Part shown: positions 18,970-29,773 of the stretch, one piece after another
Layout: each line of letters begins with the position of its first letter
How positions within the stretch are numbered: the first letter of the stretch is position 1
Assembly: GCA_903873775.1 (NCBI GenBank)
Contig: CAIQPR010000017.1
Location: forward strand, 69,719-133,718
Reading direction: 5' to 3'
Source: an uncultured Actinomycetes bacterium
GTDB taxonomy: Bacteria; Actinomycetota; Acidimicrobiia; Acidimicrobiales; RAAP-2
DNA length: 64,000 bases
The notes under the pieces: model-generated
The model's database searches: none
Seen by the model: only the letters and a program-made list of their open reading frames with translations
Told to the model about the DNA's origin: nothing
Made by a program: the position numbers and the translations under genes

Positions 18970-21900
18970 TTAGCGACGTTCGATCACAACGACGAGGTCG
19001 TGGATGATGAGGTCCCGCATGAGCGGCACCTTGAGAGTCCATCGCCACGAAGGCCCGAGGAGGCGAGGGCCCACCGTGTAGAGAGCGAGACCTCGGTGCT
19101 GTCGGACGATGCGGACCAATTCGTGCGGACGTAGGGCAAACAGCGTCTCCCCAAATCGCTTGTCAGGCTCGTGGCCCGTCTTGGTGCGATAGCGACGGCG
19201 CCCGTAGGAACCGGAGACCAGGTGCCACGGGCTGGTCTCAAACCCTCCGGTGGGCGAGAGCCACATGCGGTTCTGCACGAAAATGGACCCGCCGGGTCGC
19301 GTCACACGAACCACTTCTTCAAGGAGTCGCCGTGGGTCGTCGACGAAAGAAAAAATGTCGTGCACGATGACGAGGTCGAAACTTCCGTCACGAACGGGGA
19401 TATTCAAAGGTTGAAACGGAATCTCGTCGAGGTACGACACGCGCGGTGTTGGTGAGTCGACGTCCTCGAGAGAGCTCGCCGTCGGCACTCGCATGGCCGT
19501 CACGCGGGCACCACGTTCGGCGAGCGCTTCCGCTGCGGCGAGGCGAGGGTCGGCAATCTCCAAGACCTCACGATTGAAAATTGCGGTGCGACCCACGACC
19601 AGATTGGTGGTGTCTTGTCGCATCAGAGCGTCCAATTCCTCAGGTTGATGGCGCAAGCGACGTGCGGCCCGGAGGAAAAACAAGGTCCTCGGAAGCCCGA
19701 CGACCGGGATCTGCATTGGCTCGTCGGGTTCGATCTCCTCGGTCGGCTGATTGTGGTCCGGGTCAGCAACGTTGAGTCCGCGTCGACGTCGAGCGACGAG
19801 CGCCGGCGCGACGACGACCGGTACTTTCGACGCTCCCGGCATCCATCGACGCGTACGGCGGGACTCTGTGGGGGCGGCCTCGCCTCGAGGGGCCTCTTTC
19901 GTTGCGCTGGCGGCGGGCGGCGGCGTATCTCGAGGAGTAGGTCGCGGTCGTGCGGCTCGCGAGGAGAGAGCCTGGGGCTGGACATTGGCAATCACCAGGA
20001 AGAACCACAGCGCCATGGCGAACCAGACGAAGCTATTGCTGTAGTGGACATGAGCGGGCCACGTGATGTCTCTGGTCCACGTGCCGAGCGTTGCCGACAT
20101 GGTGACGGCAATACCCGCCAGTAGGGACAGGACGGCGCTGGCGCCGAGTAAACGGCCAATCGAGGGACGTGCGCGCCACACCCACGCCGCCGCCACGAGG
20201 AACGGCACCATCCAGATGGACACGAAGAGGCCAATGATCACCGCGGCCGTGTACGTGACGAGGGGTGACGACGTGACATTACCCACGAACACAGAGAGCA
20301 CGGGCGTGGCGTCAACGTGCTCGCGAGTCATTTCGTCAACACTGAGACCACGGCGTCGGGGCCAGTTGAAGACGGCGATGCCGAGCACCGCGAGGAAACC
20401 GAAGAGTGATGCGAGGAGAGCGTAGAGAACGGTGTTCTGCGGTTGCCAGACGAAGGCGAGCTGTTCAGTTGACGAGATGTGCGAAGGAAGACGCCACCCC
20501 ATTGACGCCCCGTCGACGAGGGTCGGTGTGCCGAGATCGCGACCGTTCAAGATTGCGTGCCAACCCGGACCGTAGGACTGTCCGAGAACCGCCCACTGTC
20601 CGGCGTCTGCTGAACCAACCGTGGAGCGAACGACGGTGCGTCCGTACCAGTGTCCGGCCGCGTCGGAAACGGTGGGTACTGGCCCGGCCGTGGTACCCGT
20701 TGACGAGAGCTGAACGTCGTCGAGATCAAGACCGGTCGCAAGTCCGGGGCTGGAGGTAATGACGGATTGACCGGCGGAGACGGTGGTGGGTGCAGTAGCG
20801 CAGGACGTGAACGGCAAGGCGTCTCCAGCCAGAGCCGACGCCGAGCTCCCGCTCACACGAATCGGAATCGACACGCCATCGATCTTGAGCAGGTCGCTGC
20901 GGCAGCCGGACGAGAACGTGGGATTCGTGACACCCGGCGTCACACCGGGAATGGCGATGTCCGCGATGGCGATGGGTGGGAAATTGATGCCGCCGCTGAC
21001 GCGGTCGAGGACGGTGGCGGTCTTGAACTTGACCGTAGTAAATCGAAACGCTGAGCCCGTGATCGCGGGAACGTTGATGGTGAAGATCTGCTCCGTATTC
21101 AGAGCAGAGCCCTGAGCCGCGAGCGTTGTGGGTATCGCGAAGTTTTCGGTAGTGCGCCCGTTGCTAATGCTCATTTCGGTCGGTACCGCGTGATAACCGT
21201 CGTTCACGATGGTCATCTTGAAGGTGTGAATGGTCACAGAGTGCGACAGCGTCGCTTGGACAAATTCTCCAGCACCAGACTTGAAACGAGGCTGCCACAG
21301 AGTTTGCAGCGAGCCGTCGAAGGCGCTCCACGACGAGTTGGCGAGGGAACCTTTGATGTGTGACGAACTTGTCGTGGCGATAATCGACGTGCCGGCGCCG
21401 GGGTGTCGCCCCAGGATCTCATTGACGACCTGGTCGCTCGCGAGTGAATTGAGCGACGCCGTGCCCGAGATCGTGAAAGAGCGGGAATAGGGCAGGTCCA
21501 CGTAGCGCAGCAGATACGGCTCTGGGTCGGCTCGGACTGAATAGGGAGAGACTCGAAGTCGGGATACGACGATCTTGAGAGAGTCAGTCTGTGCGGCAGA
21601 GCCTGCCGCGGCGAGTAGGGACGTGGGGAGGAGCAACCCTCTCGTGGCCGGACCAAAACCCGGGACCGCAACTTCCGAGAATCCCACCATGCTCGCGGTG
21701 GCGACGCCGTGTGGCGCTGCCGTCACTCCCAGAATCGTGATCCGAACCGTACGTCCGGTGGTTGGAGGTATGGAAATGGTCTGACCCGGCGGATTCTGAG
21801 ACGATGGCGTCAAGGTCCGGATGATGTTCGGCCGACCGTCAACGGATATCCCAATCTTGGTGATGTAACGGTTAATAAAGATGTCGCGCGCTTGCGTGAT

Positions 21901-24252
21901 CTGCAGCGAGGAAATTCGGTGGGGCTCCAGTGCTGTCTCCTGCCACCACTGCCCGTCGGCATTCGAGAAGGCGGCTGTTGCCCACGACGTGGTGGAGTCT
22001 CCATCGACAGCCTTATACGCCTGATTCTCTGGGTTGTTCGTGATGGGGTTTCCATAACTGGACGCCGTCACGGATGAGAGGCCCGTGAGTTCCGCGACGG
22101 TTTGGGAATTCGCAGGAGCGTTGGGGAAAACCGGAATGCTCTGCTCTTGCTCGTTGTTCGAGTACTTCTCGTTCGCCGCAAGTACGTAGCCCTGCGTGGC
22201 GTTCAGGGTTCCGAACGTCTGTTGCGACTTTGTATTGGAGTCGGTCAGCACCAATGTGGCGCCGGCTTGGTGCGCCTCCTCGGCGATCATGGAGCGAGGT
22301 GTCGACGCGTCATAGAGAATGACATTGCCGCCCGAGAGTCCACCCACGTTCGCGAGCGTCACGAGGCCCGCTCCATCACCGGCGACGATGTAGGGAGAGC
22401 TCGTTGATTCCACACGCACCAGAGGGCGAGCCGCGCTCACGGAATAGATCTTGAGCGATGGCGGCCACTGGTAACCGGGAGGCAAGGCGAGAGTGTTCTC
22501 GTTGATATAGGGACCATTGATGGCGGTGAATGTCGTCTGAGGTCCGTACGAGCCCACTTCGGTCATCCCGACGTTCGGAGATGAAAAGAGGTGGTCTAAG
22601 TACGGGGGTAGTGGTGTTCCGTATCGCTCATACTGTCCGTCAAACTGCACCAACACGTTTGACGCCCCAAACAAACGCGCAATCGGAGCAATGGAGGCCG
22701 GCTCGGCGACGCCATCTTGGAGAGTGGAGTCCAGCGAACGTATGAGGTTGATACTCGCCGGCTCTCCAACGAGTTGGACCTGCGAGGAGATCCAGGGACG
22801 GTGCACCAGCGCGGGCCACAATGAATCGTTGTAGGTCCCGTAGCGGTAATAGGCGAAATCAAATCCTGGCAAGCCGAGGACATTGCTCGTCGACGAGCCG
22901 GTATTGAGTTCCTTCGCGGCCTGCTGGACGTAGGAGGGAGGCGTCTCGGGCAGCGTCAGGTTGGAGGGGATGGACCGCAGTGTGAACAAGGGCGACATCG
23001 CCGTGATGCACGCGAGCGAGAAGACCCCGACGCTCCACCACTGAAGACGGGGCCAGCGAGCGACCAGTGCGTCAAAGAGGGCTCCGGCCAAAAGCGCCAG
23101 TCCAATGGTCATGATCGGGATCACCCGATTGGTGGAGCGCATGGCGAGAGCGACCGTCGTATGGGTGGCGAGGTACCGCAAGACGACACCAAATGGTGTC
23201 GGACTCGACAGTGGGTACGACGCCACCGCGACTACCAAGCCAATGAAGGTGACACCAACTGCAAACAGGCGGTACCGCCAACGAATCACGAGAGCGGCCA
23301 CGAACCCCGTAGCTGGGACGAGAAAACTGGCGAGGGGAACCACGTTGCCGCTCGTGTAGTGAATCGAGTTCCCTGTCCATAACTGCAGTCCGTCAGTGCC
23401 GTAGAAGTACCAGTACCCCAAGCCACGGAATACCTCGGAGGCCGACGATGTGAGCGTCACCGTGGAGAACGATTCTGTGAACTTCAAAATATTGATGCCG
23501 TACTTGCCCTCAGCCCACAGTCCGGCCAGCCACCACAAGGACACGACGAGCGAGAGCGAGCCCATGCGGATCAGCACGGCGCGAACGCGGCGCCACGGAA
23601 TTTCTCGAGTCGCGGCGGCGAAGAAGAGCCAGGCGATGGGGGCAAGACCAACCGTCAGAATCGATGTGGCGTTAATACCGCCCGCCAACGCCACGACGAT
23701 GGCAAATAAAGCGGGATTGCGCCAGTCATTGCGGTGGGCCGCACGAATTGTGAAGACCATCATCCAGCCAAGTCCCGCCCACGGCATGAGGAGGGCCGAG
23801 GTACGGGCGATGTCGACGATGATGAAGGGCGACAACATGTACGCAAGGGCGACCAAGAATCCCGCGCGACGCGTTAATCCCATTTCGGCGGCGCATTTGC
23901 GAGCTCCAAGACCCGCGAGGAAGAGCAGGCCACCCATCCAGACGCGTTGGGCTATCCAGGTCGGAACACTCAACGCGTGACAGATCCAGTAGTAGGGACC
24001 CATCGGGAAGAGGTATCCGATGTTTTGGTGGGTGACGGTCCCGAACCCGACGTCGGTGTTCCACATGGACGCCGCTGTGGCGAGAAGGTGAGACGGGTCG
24101 AGGTAGAGATAGACCTTGGTGTCGTCGGCAAGCAGCCCCGGCTTCGTCAGCAAGAGGGGCGCGAAGGCCAGCACGATCAAGACCACTGTGTCCCACGGTG
24201 ACTCGAGCCAGCGTCGGCGCGTGGCGGATACGTCTGAGGCGCCAAGGGTCAC
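18970..24252 (-). CDS. AftD/DUF3367-like arabinofuranosyltransferase with carbohydrate-binding modules, fused to a C-terminal Rv0224c/MtrP-like methyltransferase-fold domain
   Basis: N-terminal GT-C region (DDTK, HQNIGYLFPMGPYY, GGINAT), two discoidin/F5-8-like modules (AVDGDSTTSW, AFDGSLQTLW), C-terminal TM block, Pro/Arg linker, then a class I MTase-like domain (SFDLVIV, EVVRVTRPGG, WLSPTGGFE). Confidence 0.85.
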   Translation of the reverse strand: MTLGASDVSATRRRWLESPWDTVVLIVLAFAPLLLTKPGLLADDTKVYLYLDPSHLLATAASMWNTDVGFGTVTHQNIGYLFPMGPYYWICHALSVPTWIAQRVWMGGLLFLAGLGARKCAAEMGLTRRAGFLVALAYMLSPFIIVDIARTSALLMPWAGLGWMMVFTIRAAHRNDWRNPALFAIVVALAGGINATSILTVGLAPIAWLFFAAATREIPWRRVRAVLIRMGSLSLVVSLWWLAGLWAEGKYGINILKFTESFSTVTLTSSASEVFRGLGYWYFYGTDGLQLWTGNSIHYTSGNVVPLASFLVPATGFVAALVIRWRYRLFAVGVTFIGLVVAVASYPLSSPTPFGVVLRYLATHTTVALAMRSTNRVIPIMTIGLALLAGALFDALVARWPRLQWWSVGVFSLACITAMSPLFTLRSIPSNLTLPETPPSYVQQAAKELNTGSSTSNVLGLPGFDFAYYRYGTYNDSLWPALVHRPWISSQVQLVGEPASINLIRSLDSTLQDGVAEPASIAPIARLFGASNVLVQFDGQYERYGTPLPPYLDHLFSSPNVGMTEVGSYGPQTTFTAINGPYINENTLALPPGYQWPPSLKIYSVSAARPLVRVESTSSPYIVAGDGAGLVTLANVGGLSGGNVILYDASTPRSMIAEEAHQAGATLVLTDSNTKSQQTFGTLNATQGYVLAANEKYSNNEQEQSIPVFPNAPANSQTVAELTGLSSVTASSYGNPITNNPENQAYKAVDGDSTTSWATAAFSNADGQWWQETALEPHRISSLQITQARDIFINRYITKIGISVDGRPNIIRTLTPSSQNPPGQTISIPPTTGRTVRITILGVTAAPHGVATASMVGFSEVAVPGFGPATRGLLLPTSLLAAAGSAAQTDSLKIVVSRLRVSPYSVRADPEPYLLRYVDLPYSRSFTISGTASLNSLASDQVVNEILGRHPGAGTSIIATTSSSHIKGSLANSSWSAFDGSLQTLWQPRFKSGAGEFVQATLSHSVTIHTFKMTIVNDGYHAVPTEMSISNGRTTENFAIPTTLAAQGSALNTEQIFTINVPAITGSAFRFTTVKFKTATVLDRVSGGINFPPIAIADIAIPGVTPGVTNPTFSSGCRSDLLKIDGVSIPIRVSGSSASALAGDALPFTSCATAPTTVSAGQSVITSSPGLATGLDLDDVQLSSTGTTAGPVPTVSDAAGHWYGRTVVRSTVGSADAGQWAVLGQSYGPGWHAILNGRDLGTPTLVDGASMGWRLPSHISSTEQLAFVWQPQNTVLYALLASLFGFLAVLGIAVFNWPRRRGLSVDEMTREHVDATPVLSVFVGNVTSSPLVTYTAAVIIGLFVSIWMVPFLVAAAWVWRARPSIGRLLGASAVLSLLAGIAVTMSATLGTWTRDITWPAHVHYSNSFVWFAMALWFFLVIANVQPQALSSRAARPRPTPRDTPPPAASATKEAPRGEAAPTESRRTRRWMPGASKVPVVVAPALVARRRRGLNVADPDHNQPTEEIEPDEPMQIPVVGLPRTLFFLRAARRLRHQPEELDALMRQDTTNLVVGRTAIFNREVLEIADPRLAAAEALAERGARVTAMRVPTASSLEDVDSPTPRVSYLDEIPFQPLNIPVRDGSFDLVIVHDIFSFVDDPRRLLEEVVRVTRPGGSIFVQNRMWLSPTGGFETSPWHLVSGSYGRRRYRTKTGHEPDKRFGETLFALRPHELVRIVRQHRGLALYTVGPRLLGPSWRWTLKVPLMRDLIIHDLVVVIERR

Positions 24253-24309
24253 CTCGACAATCTACCGAAGGCGCACAACGTTCTCGAAGCGGGTGACTAC
24301 CGTAGTTAC
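24253..24309. promoter_or_regulatory. back-to-back putative leaderless promoters (aftD-like gene / coaE)
   Basis: Minus strand TAGATT (24259-24264) + 6 nt + GTG; plus strand TACCGT (24298-24303) + 6 nt + ATG. Confidence 0.6.
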
Positions 24310-24906
24310 ATGAGTCGCTTAGCCGTTGTCGGCGGAATTGGATCGGGGAAAACGGCGGCCACGGATTATCTGGCGACCCGTGGCGCCACGGTGGTCGACG
24401 CGGACGTCGTCGCCCGCGAGATCGTTCTTCCGGGCGCCCCCGCGTGGCAACAGCTCCGAGACGCCTTTGGAGACGCCATCTTGATGGAGGACGGAAATCT
24501 GGACCGCGCCTTCGTGGCGGACGTGGTGTTCCACGACCGTTCGGCCCTGCGTCGTTTGAACGCCATCACCCATACGCAGATTGGTCTGGAGATCATCCGC
24601 CGAATTGACGAAGCACCGACATCCCTCGTTGTTGTCGCCCTGCCGCTCTATAGACCGGAACATCGTGAACTCTTCTCTCTGGACGAGGTGTGGTGCATCG
24701 TTGTGGACCCTGAGACTGCGGTGCGACGTCTCACGCAGCATCGCGGCATGCGCGAAGACGACGCACGAGCTCGACTCGCGAACCAGATGACGAATGTCGA
24801 ACGCACAGCCCTGTGCACCGAAGTCATTTCGAACGAGGGGTCTCTCGACGATCTGCAGGGCGCTCTTGACGGACTGCTCAAGCGCAAGGGGTTGCTCGAT
24901 GGCTGA
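24310..24906 (+). CDS. coaE: dephospho-CoA kinase
   Basis: GGIGSGKT, VDADVVAREIV, LNAITH; directly upstream of uvrB. Confidence 0.95.
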   Translation: MSRLAVVGGIGSGKTAATDYLATRGATVVDADVVAREIVLPGAPAWQQLRDAFGDAILMEDGNLDRAFVADVVFHDRSALRRLNAITHTQIGLEIIRRIDEAPTSLVVVALPLYRPEHRELFSLDEVWCIVVDPETAVRRLTQHRGMREDDARARLANQMTNVERTALCTEVISNEGSLDDLQGALDGLLKRKGLLDG

Positions 24907-26917
24907 TTTCGTTGTTGACACACCCTTCTCACCGCAAGGGGACCAGCCGGTGGCCATTGCGCGTCTCGCGGACGGCGTTCAAAATGGCCTGCGCTACCAA
25001 ACGCTGGAGGGCATTACCGGTTCCGGGAAAACAGCGACCATCGCCTGGATGATTGAACGCGTCCAGCGACCCACTCTCATTCTCGAGCCCAATAAGTCGC
25101 TCGCCGCCCAGTTGGCGTCGGAGTTGCGGGACATGTTGCCGCGGAACCGAGTGGAGTTTTTCGTTTCGTACTACGACTACTACCAACCCGAGGCGTACGT
25201 GCCGTCGTCGGACACGTACATCGAGAAGGACAGCTCGATCAACGAAGAGATCGACCGTCTGCGCCACGCGGCTACGTCGGCCCTTCTCACGCGTCGCGAC
25301 ACCGTGGTCGTGGCGTCCGTGTCATGTATTTACGGTCTCGGCTCGCCACGGGAATACAAGGAGCGCATGCTGGCGCTGGCGGTGGGCGACGTGGTGGACC
25401 AGCGGGCACTGCTGGGTCGTCTGGTCGAGATGCAGTATTCGCGCAATGACCTACTCGTTGCTCGTGGGACCTTCCGAGTTCGCGGCGACACATTGGAATT
25501 GCAGCCGGCGTACGACAACGAGGCCATTCGTATCTCTTTCTTTGGCGACGAGATCGACCGCATCTCCTTCTTCAACCCGATGACGCAGGAAGAGCGAGGA
25601 GATGTCGGCGAAGTGACCATCTTTGCGGCATCGCACTACGCCACCGGTCAAGAGACCCTCGAACGGGCGGTTCGGACGATCGAGGCTGAGCTGGGAGAAC
25701 GACTGCAAACCTTCGAGCGCGAGGGCAAACTCCTCGAAGCGCAGAGACTTCGGTCTCGCACCGAGCACGACATCGAGATGATCGAACAAACGGGTACGTG
25801 TGCGGGTATTGAGAATTACTCCGCGCACCTCGATGGTCGCAGTCGTGGAGAGCGACCCTTCACACTTCTGGACTACTTCCCGGACGACTTCCTCGTGGTG
25901 GTCGATGAATCTCACGTGGCGATGCCCCAGGTACGGGGCCAGTTTGCGGGGGACAAGGCCCGTAAGGAGACGCTCGTCGAGCACGGATTCCGACTTCCGA
26001 GTGCCCTCGACAACCGTCCCCTCAATCTGGACGAATTCCTCGAGCTCGTTCCCCAAATGGTGTTCGTCTCGGCGACGCCAGGACCGTTCGAGCTGGAGAA
26101 TTCCGACCAGATTGTGCCGCAGGTGATTCGTCCCACGGGCTTGCTCGATCCCGTCGTGACGATTGTGCCGACCAAGAATCAGATTGATGATCTCCGAGAG
26201 CGCATTCTCGAGGTGGTGGAGCGGGGCGAACGAGTTCTCGTGACGACGCTGACGAAGCGCATGGCGGAGGACCTCACGAACTACCTGGGCAAGCACGGCA
26301 TCCGCGTGCGGTACCTCCACAGCGACATCGACACCATTGAACGTATTGAGATCCTGCGCTCGTTACGACTCGGCGAATTCGATGTCCTTGTTGGTATCAA
26401 TTTGCTGCGCGAGGGTCTCGACTTGCCCGAAGTGTCCTTGGTGGCGATTTTGGACGCGGATAAGGAAGGTTTCTTGCGCTCCCGTAGCGCACTGATCCAG
26501 ACGATTGGTCGAGCCGCGCGTAATGCCCACGGACACGCCATTCTGTACGCCGATCGATTGACGGACTCCATGCGCGAAGCCATCACGACGACAGAGCGAC
26601 GACGCGCCATGCAAGAGGCGTACAACACGGAACACGGCATTAGCCCCGTGACGGTGACCAAGAATGTGGCGGACATCTTGAATCGTCTGCGGGCGCCGTC
26701 GAAGAAAGAGACGGCGCCGTTATCCGCGCGCGAACGGGCGGGGATTGGCGTGTTGGACGATGTCTCGTCCGAGATTGCCCGCATTGAAGATGAGATGTTG
26801 ACCGCGGCGCACGAACTTCGCTTTGAAGAAGCCGCGGCATTGCGAGATCTTCTTCACGAACTTCGGTCACAAATTGCTTCCGACGCACCGGTCGAAGAGG
26901 AGACATCCGGACAGTAG
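24899..26917 (+). CDS. uvrB: excinuclease ABC subunit B
   Basis: [36 protein letters not shown]-terminal UVR coil. Start ATG 24899. Confidence 0.98.
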   Translation: MADFVVDTPFSPQGDQPVAIARLADGVQNGLRYQTLEGITGSGKTATIAWMIERVQRPTLILEPNKSLAAQLASELRDMLPRNRVEFFVSYYDYYQPEAYVPSSDTYIEKDSSINEEIDRLRHAATSALLTRRDTVVVASVSCIYGLGSPREYKERMLALAVGDVVDQRALLGRLVEMQYSRNDLLVARGTFRVRGDTLELQPAYDNEAIRISFFGDEIDRISFFNPMTQEERGDVGEVTIFAASHYATGQETLERAVRTIEAELGERLQTFEREGKLLEAQRLRSRTEHDIEMIEQTGTCAGIENYSAHLDGRSRGERPFTLLDYFPDDFLVVVDESHVAMPQVRGQFAGDKARKETLVEHGFRLPSALDNRPLNLDEFLELVPQMVFVSATPGPFELENSDQIVPQVIRPTGLLDPVVTIVPTKNQIDDLRERILEVVERGERVLVTTLTKRMAEDLTNYLGKHGIRVRYLHSDIDTIERIEILRSLRLGEFDVLVGINLLREGLDLPEVSLVAILDADKEGFLRSRSALIQTIGRAARNAHGHAILYADRLTDSMREAITTTERRRAMQEAYNTEHGISPVTVTKNVADILNRLRAPSKKETAPLSARERAGIGVLDDVSSEIARIEDEMLTAAHELRFEEAAALRDLLHELRSQIASDAPVEEETSGQ

Positions 26918-26920
26918 TCT
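26915..26920 (+). promoter_or_regulatory. putative -10 element (TAGTCT), leaderless uvrA start
   Basis: TANNNT + 6 nt + ATG 26927; overlaps the uvrB stop. Confidence 0.55.
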
Positions 26921-26926
26921 CCGACC

Positions 26927-29773
26927 ATGGCTTCCACTATTCGCGTGCAAGGCGCGCGCGCCCACAATCTAAAGAATGTCTCGTTGGAGATTCCGCGCGA
27001 CAAATTGGTCGTTTTTACCGGATTGTCAGGGTCGGGGAAGTCGTCTCTCGCCTTCGACACGATCTATGCCGAGGGTCAGCGCCGCTACGTGGAGAGCCTG
27101 TCCGCGTACGCGCGACAGTTTCTGGGCCAAATGGACAAGCCAGACGTCGACTTCATTGAAGGGCTATCGCCGGCAATCTCCATTGACCAGAAGACCGCGT
27201 CTCGGAATCCACGGTCAACGGTCGGCACCATCACTGAGGTCTACGACTATCTGCGCCTTCTCTTCGCGCGCATTGGCGTACCGCACTGTCCAAACTGTGG
27301 CGATCCCGTCACGCGACAGACGCCTCAGCAAATCGTGGACTTGATACTCGGGCGTAATGACGGGAGCCGTTTTCTCGTTTTGGCTCCCGTCGTCGAAGGC
27401 CGCAAGGGAGAGTATTCCTCACTGTTTGACGACTTGGCGAGTCAAGGTTTCTCTCGTGTTCGCGTGGACGGCGAGGTTCGTGAGTTGGCGGACCGCGCCG
27501 ACATCAAGCTTGAACGGTACGAAACGCACGTCATCGAGGTCGTCGTCGACCGTTTGACGGCACGCTCGGCGTCACGCCAGAGATTGACCGAGTCGGTGGA
27601 AGCCGCACTCAAACTCACAAAAGGCATCGTGTCCGTTCTGTGGGTCGAAGGCGATGAGTTGGAGTCCTTCAGTGAGCTCTTGGCGTGTTCGAAGTGCGGC
27701 ATTAGTTTCACGGAACTCGCTCCGCGCGATTTTTCGTTCAATTCTCCGTACGGGGCGTGCCCCACGTGCACAGGTCTCGGCACCCGGTTTGAGGTAGACC
27801 CACTGCTCGTCGTCCCCGACGAATCCTTGTCCCTGGCCGACGGCGCGTTAGCCCCGTGGGGAGGACTGCGATTTAAGTACTTCGAGCGGATGATCAAGGG
27901 TGTGTGCGACCTGGGTGGCTTCTCGATAGACACGCCGTGGAACAAGTTGAAGGCCAAGGATCGTCAGTTGGTGCTCTACGGCGTCGGGGATTCCACCGTC
28001 GCCGTTAAGTACCGCAACAGGTACGGCAAGGTTCGGTCCTACGACGCGAGTTACTCCGGCATCGTGACGTGGCTCGAGCGCAAGCGCAACGAAGCGGAAG
28101 GCGACTGGACCCGCGAGCAGGCCGAACAATTCATGCGAGAAGTAGAGTGCCACGCCTGCTTAGGACGCCGTCTCAAGCCAGAGGTCCTGGCGGTCAAAGT
28201 CGCGTCGCGCTCGATCGCCGACGTGTGTAATGACACGATTGATGATGCCGTGGCGTTTTTCACGTCGTTAGCGTTGAACGCCCGTGACGCCAAGATCGCT
28301 GCGCAGGTGGTCAAGGAGATCGTGGAGCGTCTGTCGTTCCTGCTCGACGTCGGGCTCGACTACCTGACGTTGTCGCGCGCGTCTGCTTCGCTCTCAGGCG
28401 GCGAGGCGCAGCGCATCCGGCTCGCCAGCCAGATAGGAAGTCACCTCGTCGGTGTCCTCTACGTCCTTGACGAACCCTCAATCGGGCTGCATCAGCGTGA
28501 CAATCGTCGATTGATCGCGACTCTTGAGCGTCTGCGTGATCTTGGCAACTCCGTCATCGTCGTGGAGCACGACGAAGAGACCGTCCGTGAAGCGGACTAC
28601 ATCGTCGACATTGGCCCCGGGGCGGGAGAGCACGGCGGTCACGTGGTGCACGCGGGGAGCCTCGCGGAACTCCTAAAAAATGAGGCGTCATTGACGGGCG
28701 CGTATCTCTCGGGTTCTCGCTCGATCGCTGTACCCACGTCGCGTCGCGAGATGTCCGAGGACGTCCTTCTGATCCGCAATGCGCGCGCGAACAATCTCCG
28801 GGGCATTGACGTCTCGGTACCCCTCGGAGGGTTTGTCGCGGTCACCGGCGTCTCCGGATCGGGCAAGTCGACGCTGATCAACGGCATTCTGCTGGCGAGT
28901 CTCCAACGGAGTCTCTACGGCACCAAAGTCGTACCGGCCGAACACGACGGTATCGATGGCGTGGGCGCGGTCGACAAGGTGGTGGCCGTCGACCAGCAGC
29001 CGATCGGTCGCACGCCGCGATCGAATCCTGCGACGTACACCGGCGTCTTCGACAAGATCCGCAAGCTGTTCTCCGATACACAGGAAGCCAAGATCCGCGG
29101 CTATCAGCAGGGACGCTTCTCGTTCAACGTCAAGGGTGGGCGTTGTGAAGCCTGTTCGGGTGACGGGACCTTAAAGATCGAGATGCACTTCCTGCCCGAC
29201 GTCTACGTCAACTGCGAAACATGCCAGGGCTCCCGGTACAACCGCGAGACGCTCGAAGTGTTGTACCGCGGTAAGTCCATCGCCGACGTGCTCAACATGC
29301 CCGTCAGCGAGGCTCTGGAGTTTTTCGAGCGTCAGCCGTCGATTCTTCGCCACATTCAGTCTCTGGCGGATGTTGGTCTCGGCTACGTGCGACTCGGACA
29401 ACCCGCTCCCACGCTCTCCGGTGGTGAAGCGCAGCGCGTCAAGCTGGCCACGGAATTGGCGCGGCGTCCGACCGGACACACGCTTTACGTCCTCGACGAA
29501 CCGACCACGGGTCTGCACTTCGAAGACGTGCGGCGCCTGCTCGAGGTTCTGCATCGTCTCGTGGACCAGGGCAATACCGTTCTGGTGATCGAACACAATC
29601 TCGATGTCATTAAGACCGCTGACTGGATCATTGACATGGGACCCGAGGGCGGTCGCCGGGGCGGCACCGTGGTGGCGGAAGGAACGCCGGAGCACGTGGC
29701 CACAACGGGGACGCCGACCGGAACTGTCCTCGCGGACGTCCTTAAGGTGAAGAAGACGCGCCGGCGGAAGTGA
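26927..29773 (+). CDS. uvrA: excinuclease ABC subunit A
   Basis: Two ABC ATPase modules ([26 protein letters not shown] x2) and Zn fingers. Confidence 0.98.
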   Translation: MASTIRVQGARAHNLKNVSLEIPRDKLVVFTGLSGSGKSSLAFDTIYAEGQRRYVESLSAYARQFLGQMDKPDVDFIEGLSPAISIDQKTASRNPRSTVGTITEVYDYLRLLFARIGVPHCPNCGDPVTRQTPQQIVDLILGRNDGSRFLVLAPVVEGRKGEYSSLFDDLASQGFSRVRVDGEVRELADRADIKLERYETHVIEVVVDRLTARSASRQRLTESVEAALKLTKGIVSVLWVEGDELESFSELLACSKCGISFTELAPRDFSFNSPYGACPTCTGLGTRFEVDPLLVVPDESLSLADGALAPWGGLRFKYFERMIKGVCDLGGFSIDTPWNKLKAKDRQLVLYGVGDSTVAVKYRNRYGKVRSYDASYSGIVTWLERKRNEAEGDWTREQAEQFMREVECHACLGRRLKPEVLAVKVASRSIADVCNDTIDDAVAFFTSLALNARDAKIAAQVVKEIVERLSFLLDVGLDYLTLSRASASLSGGEAQRIRLASQIGSHLVGVLYVLDEPSIGLHQRDNRRLIATLERLRDLGNSVIVVEHDEETVREADYIVDIGPGAGEHGGHVVHAGSLAELLKNEASLTGAYLSGSRSIAVPTSRREMSEDVLLIRNARANNLRGIDVSVPLGGFVAVTGVSGSGKSTLINGILLASLQRSLYGTKVVPAEHDGIDGVGAVDKVVAVDQQPIGRTPRSNPATYTGVFDKIRKLFSDTQEAKIRGYQQGRFSFNVKGGRCEACSGDGTLKIEMHFLPDVYVNCETCQGSRYNRETLEVLYRGKSIADVLNMPVSEALEFFERQPSILRHIQSLADVGLGYVRLGQPAPTLSGGEAQRVKLATELARRPTGHTLYVLDEPTTGLHFEDVRRLLEVLHRLVDQGNTVLVIEHNLDVIKTADWIIDMGPEGGRRGGTVVAEGTPEHVATTGTPTGTVLADVLKVKKTRRRK

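Noticed and set aside
19600-19990. Possibility that the methyltransferase-like domain is a separate gene starting at an internal Met
   Set aside because: There is no in-frame stop upstream and no well-spaced SD or TANNNT-N6 before the candidate ATGs (GAGGAG lies 18 nt upstream of 19716). Treated as a fusion, pending a read check.
24253-24309. LexA/SOS box upstream of the coaE-uvr operon or of uvrA
   Set aside because: No GAAC-N4-GTTC match; the nearest sequence (CAACGTTCTCGAA) does not fit.
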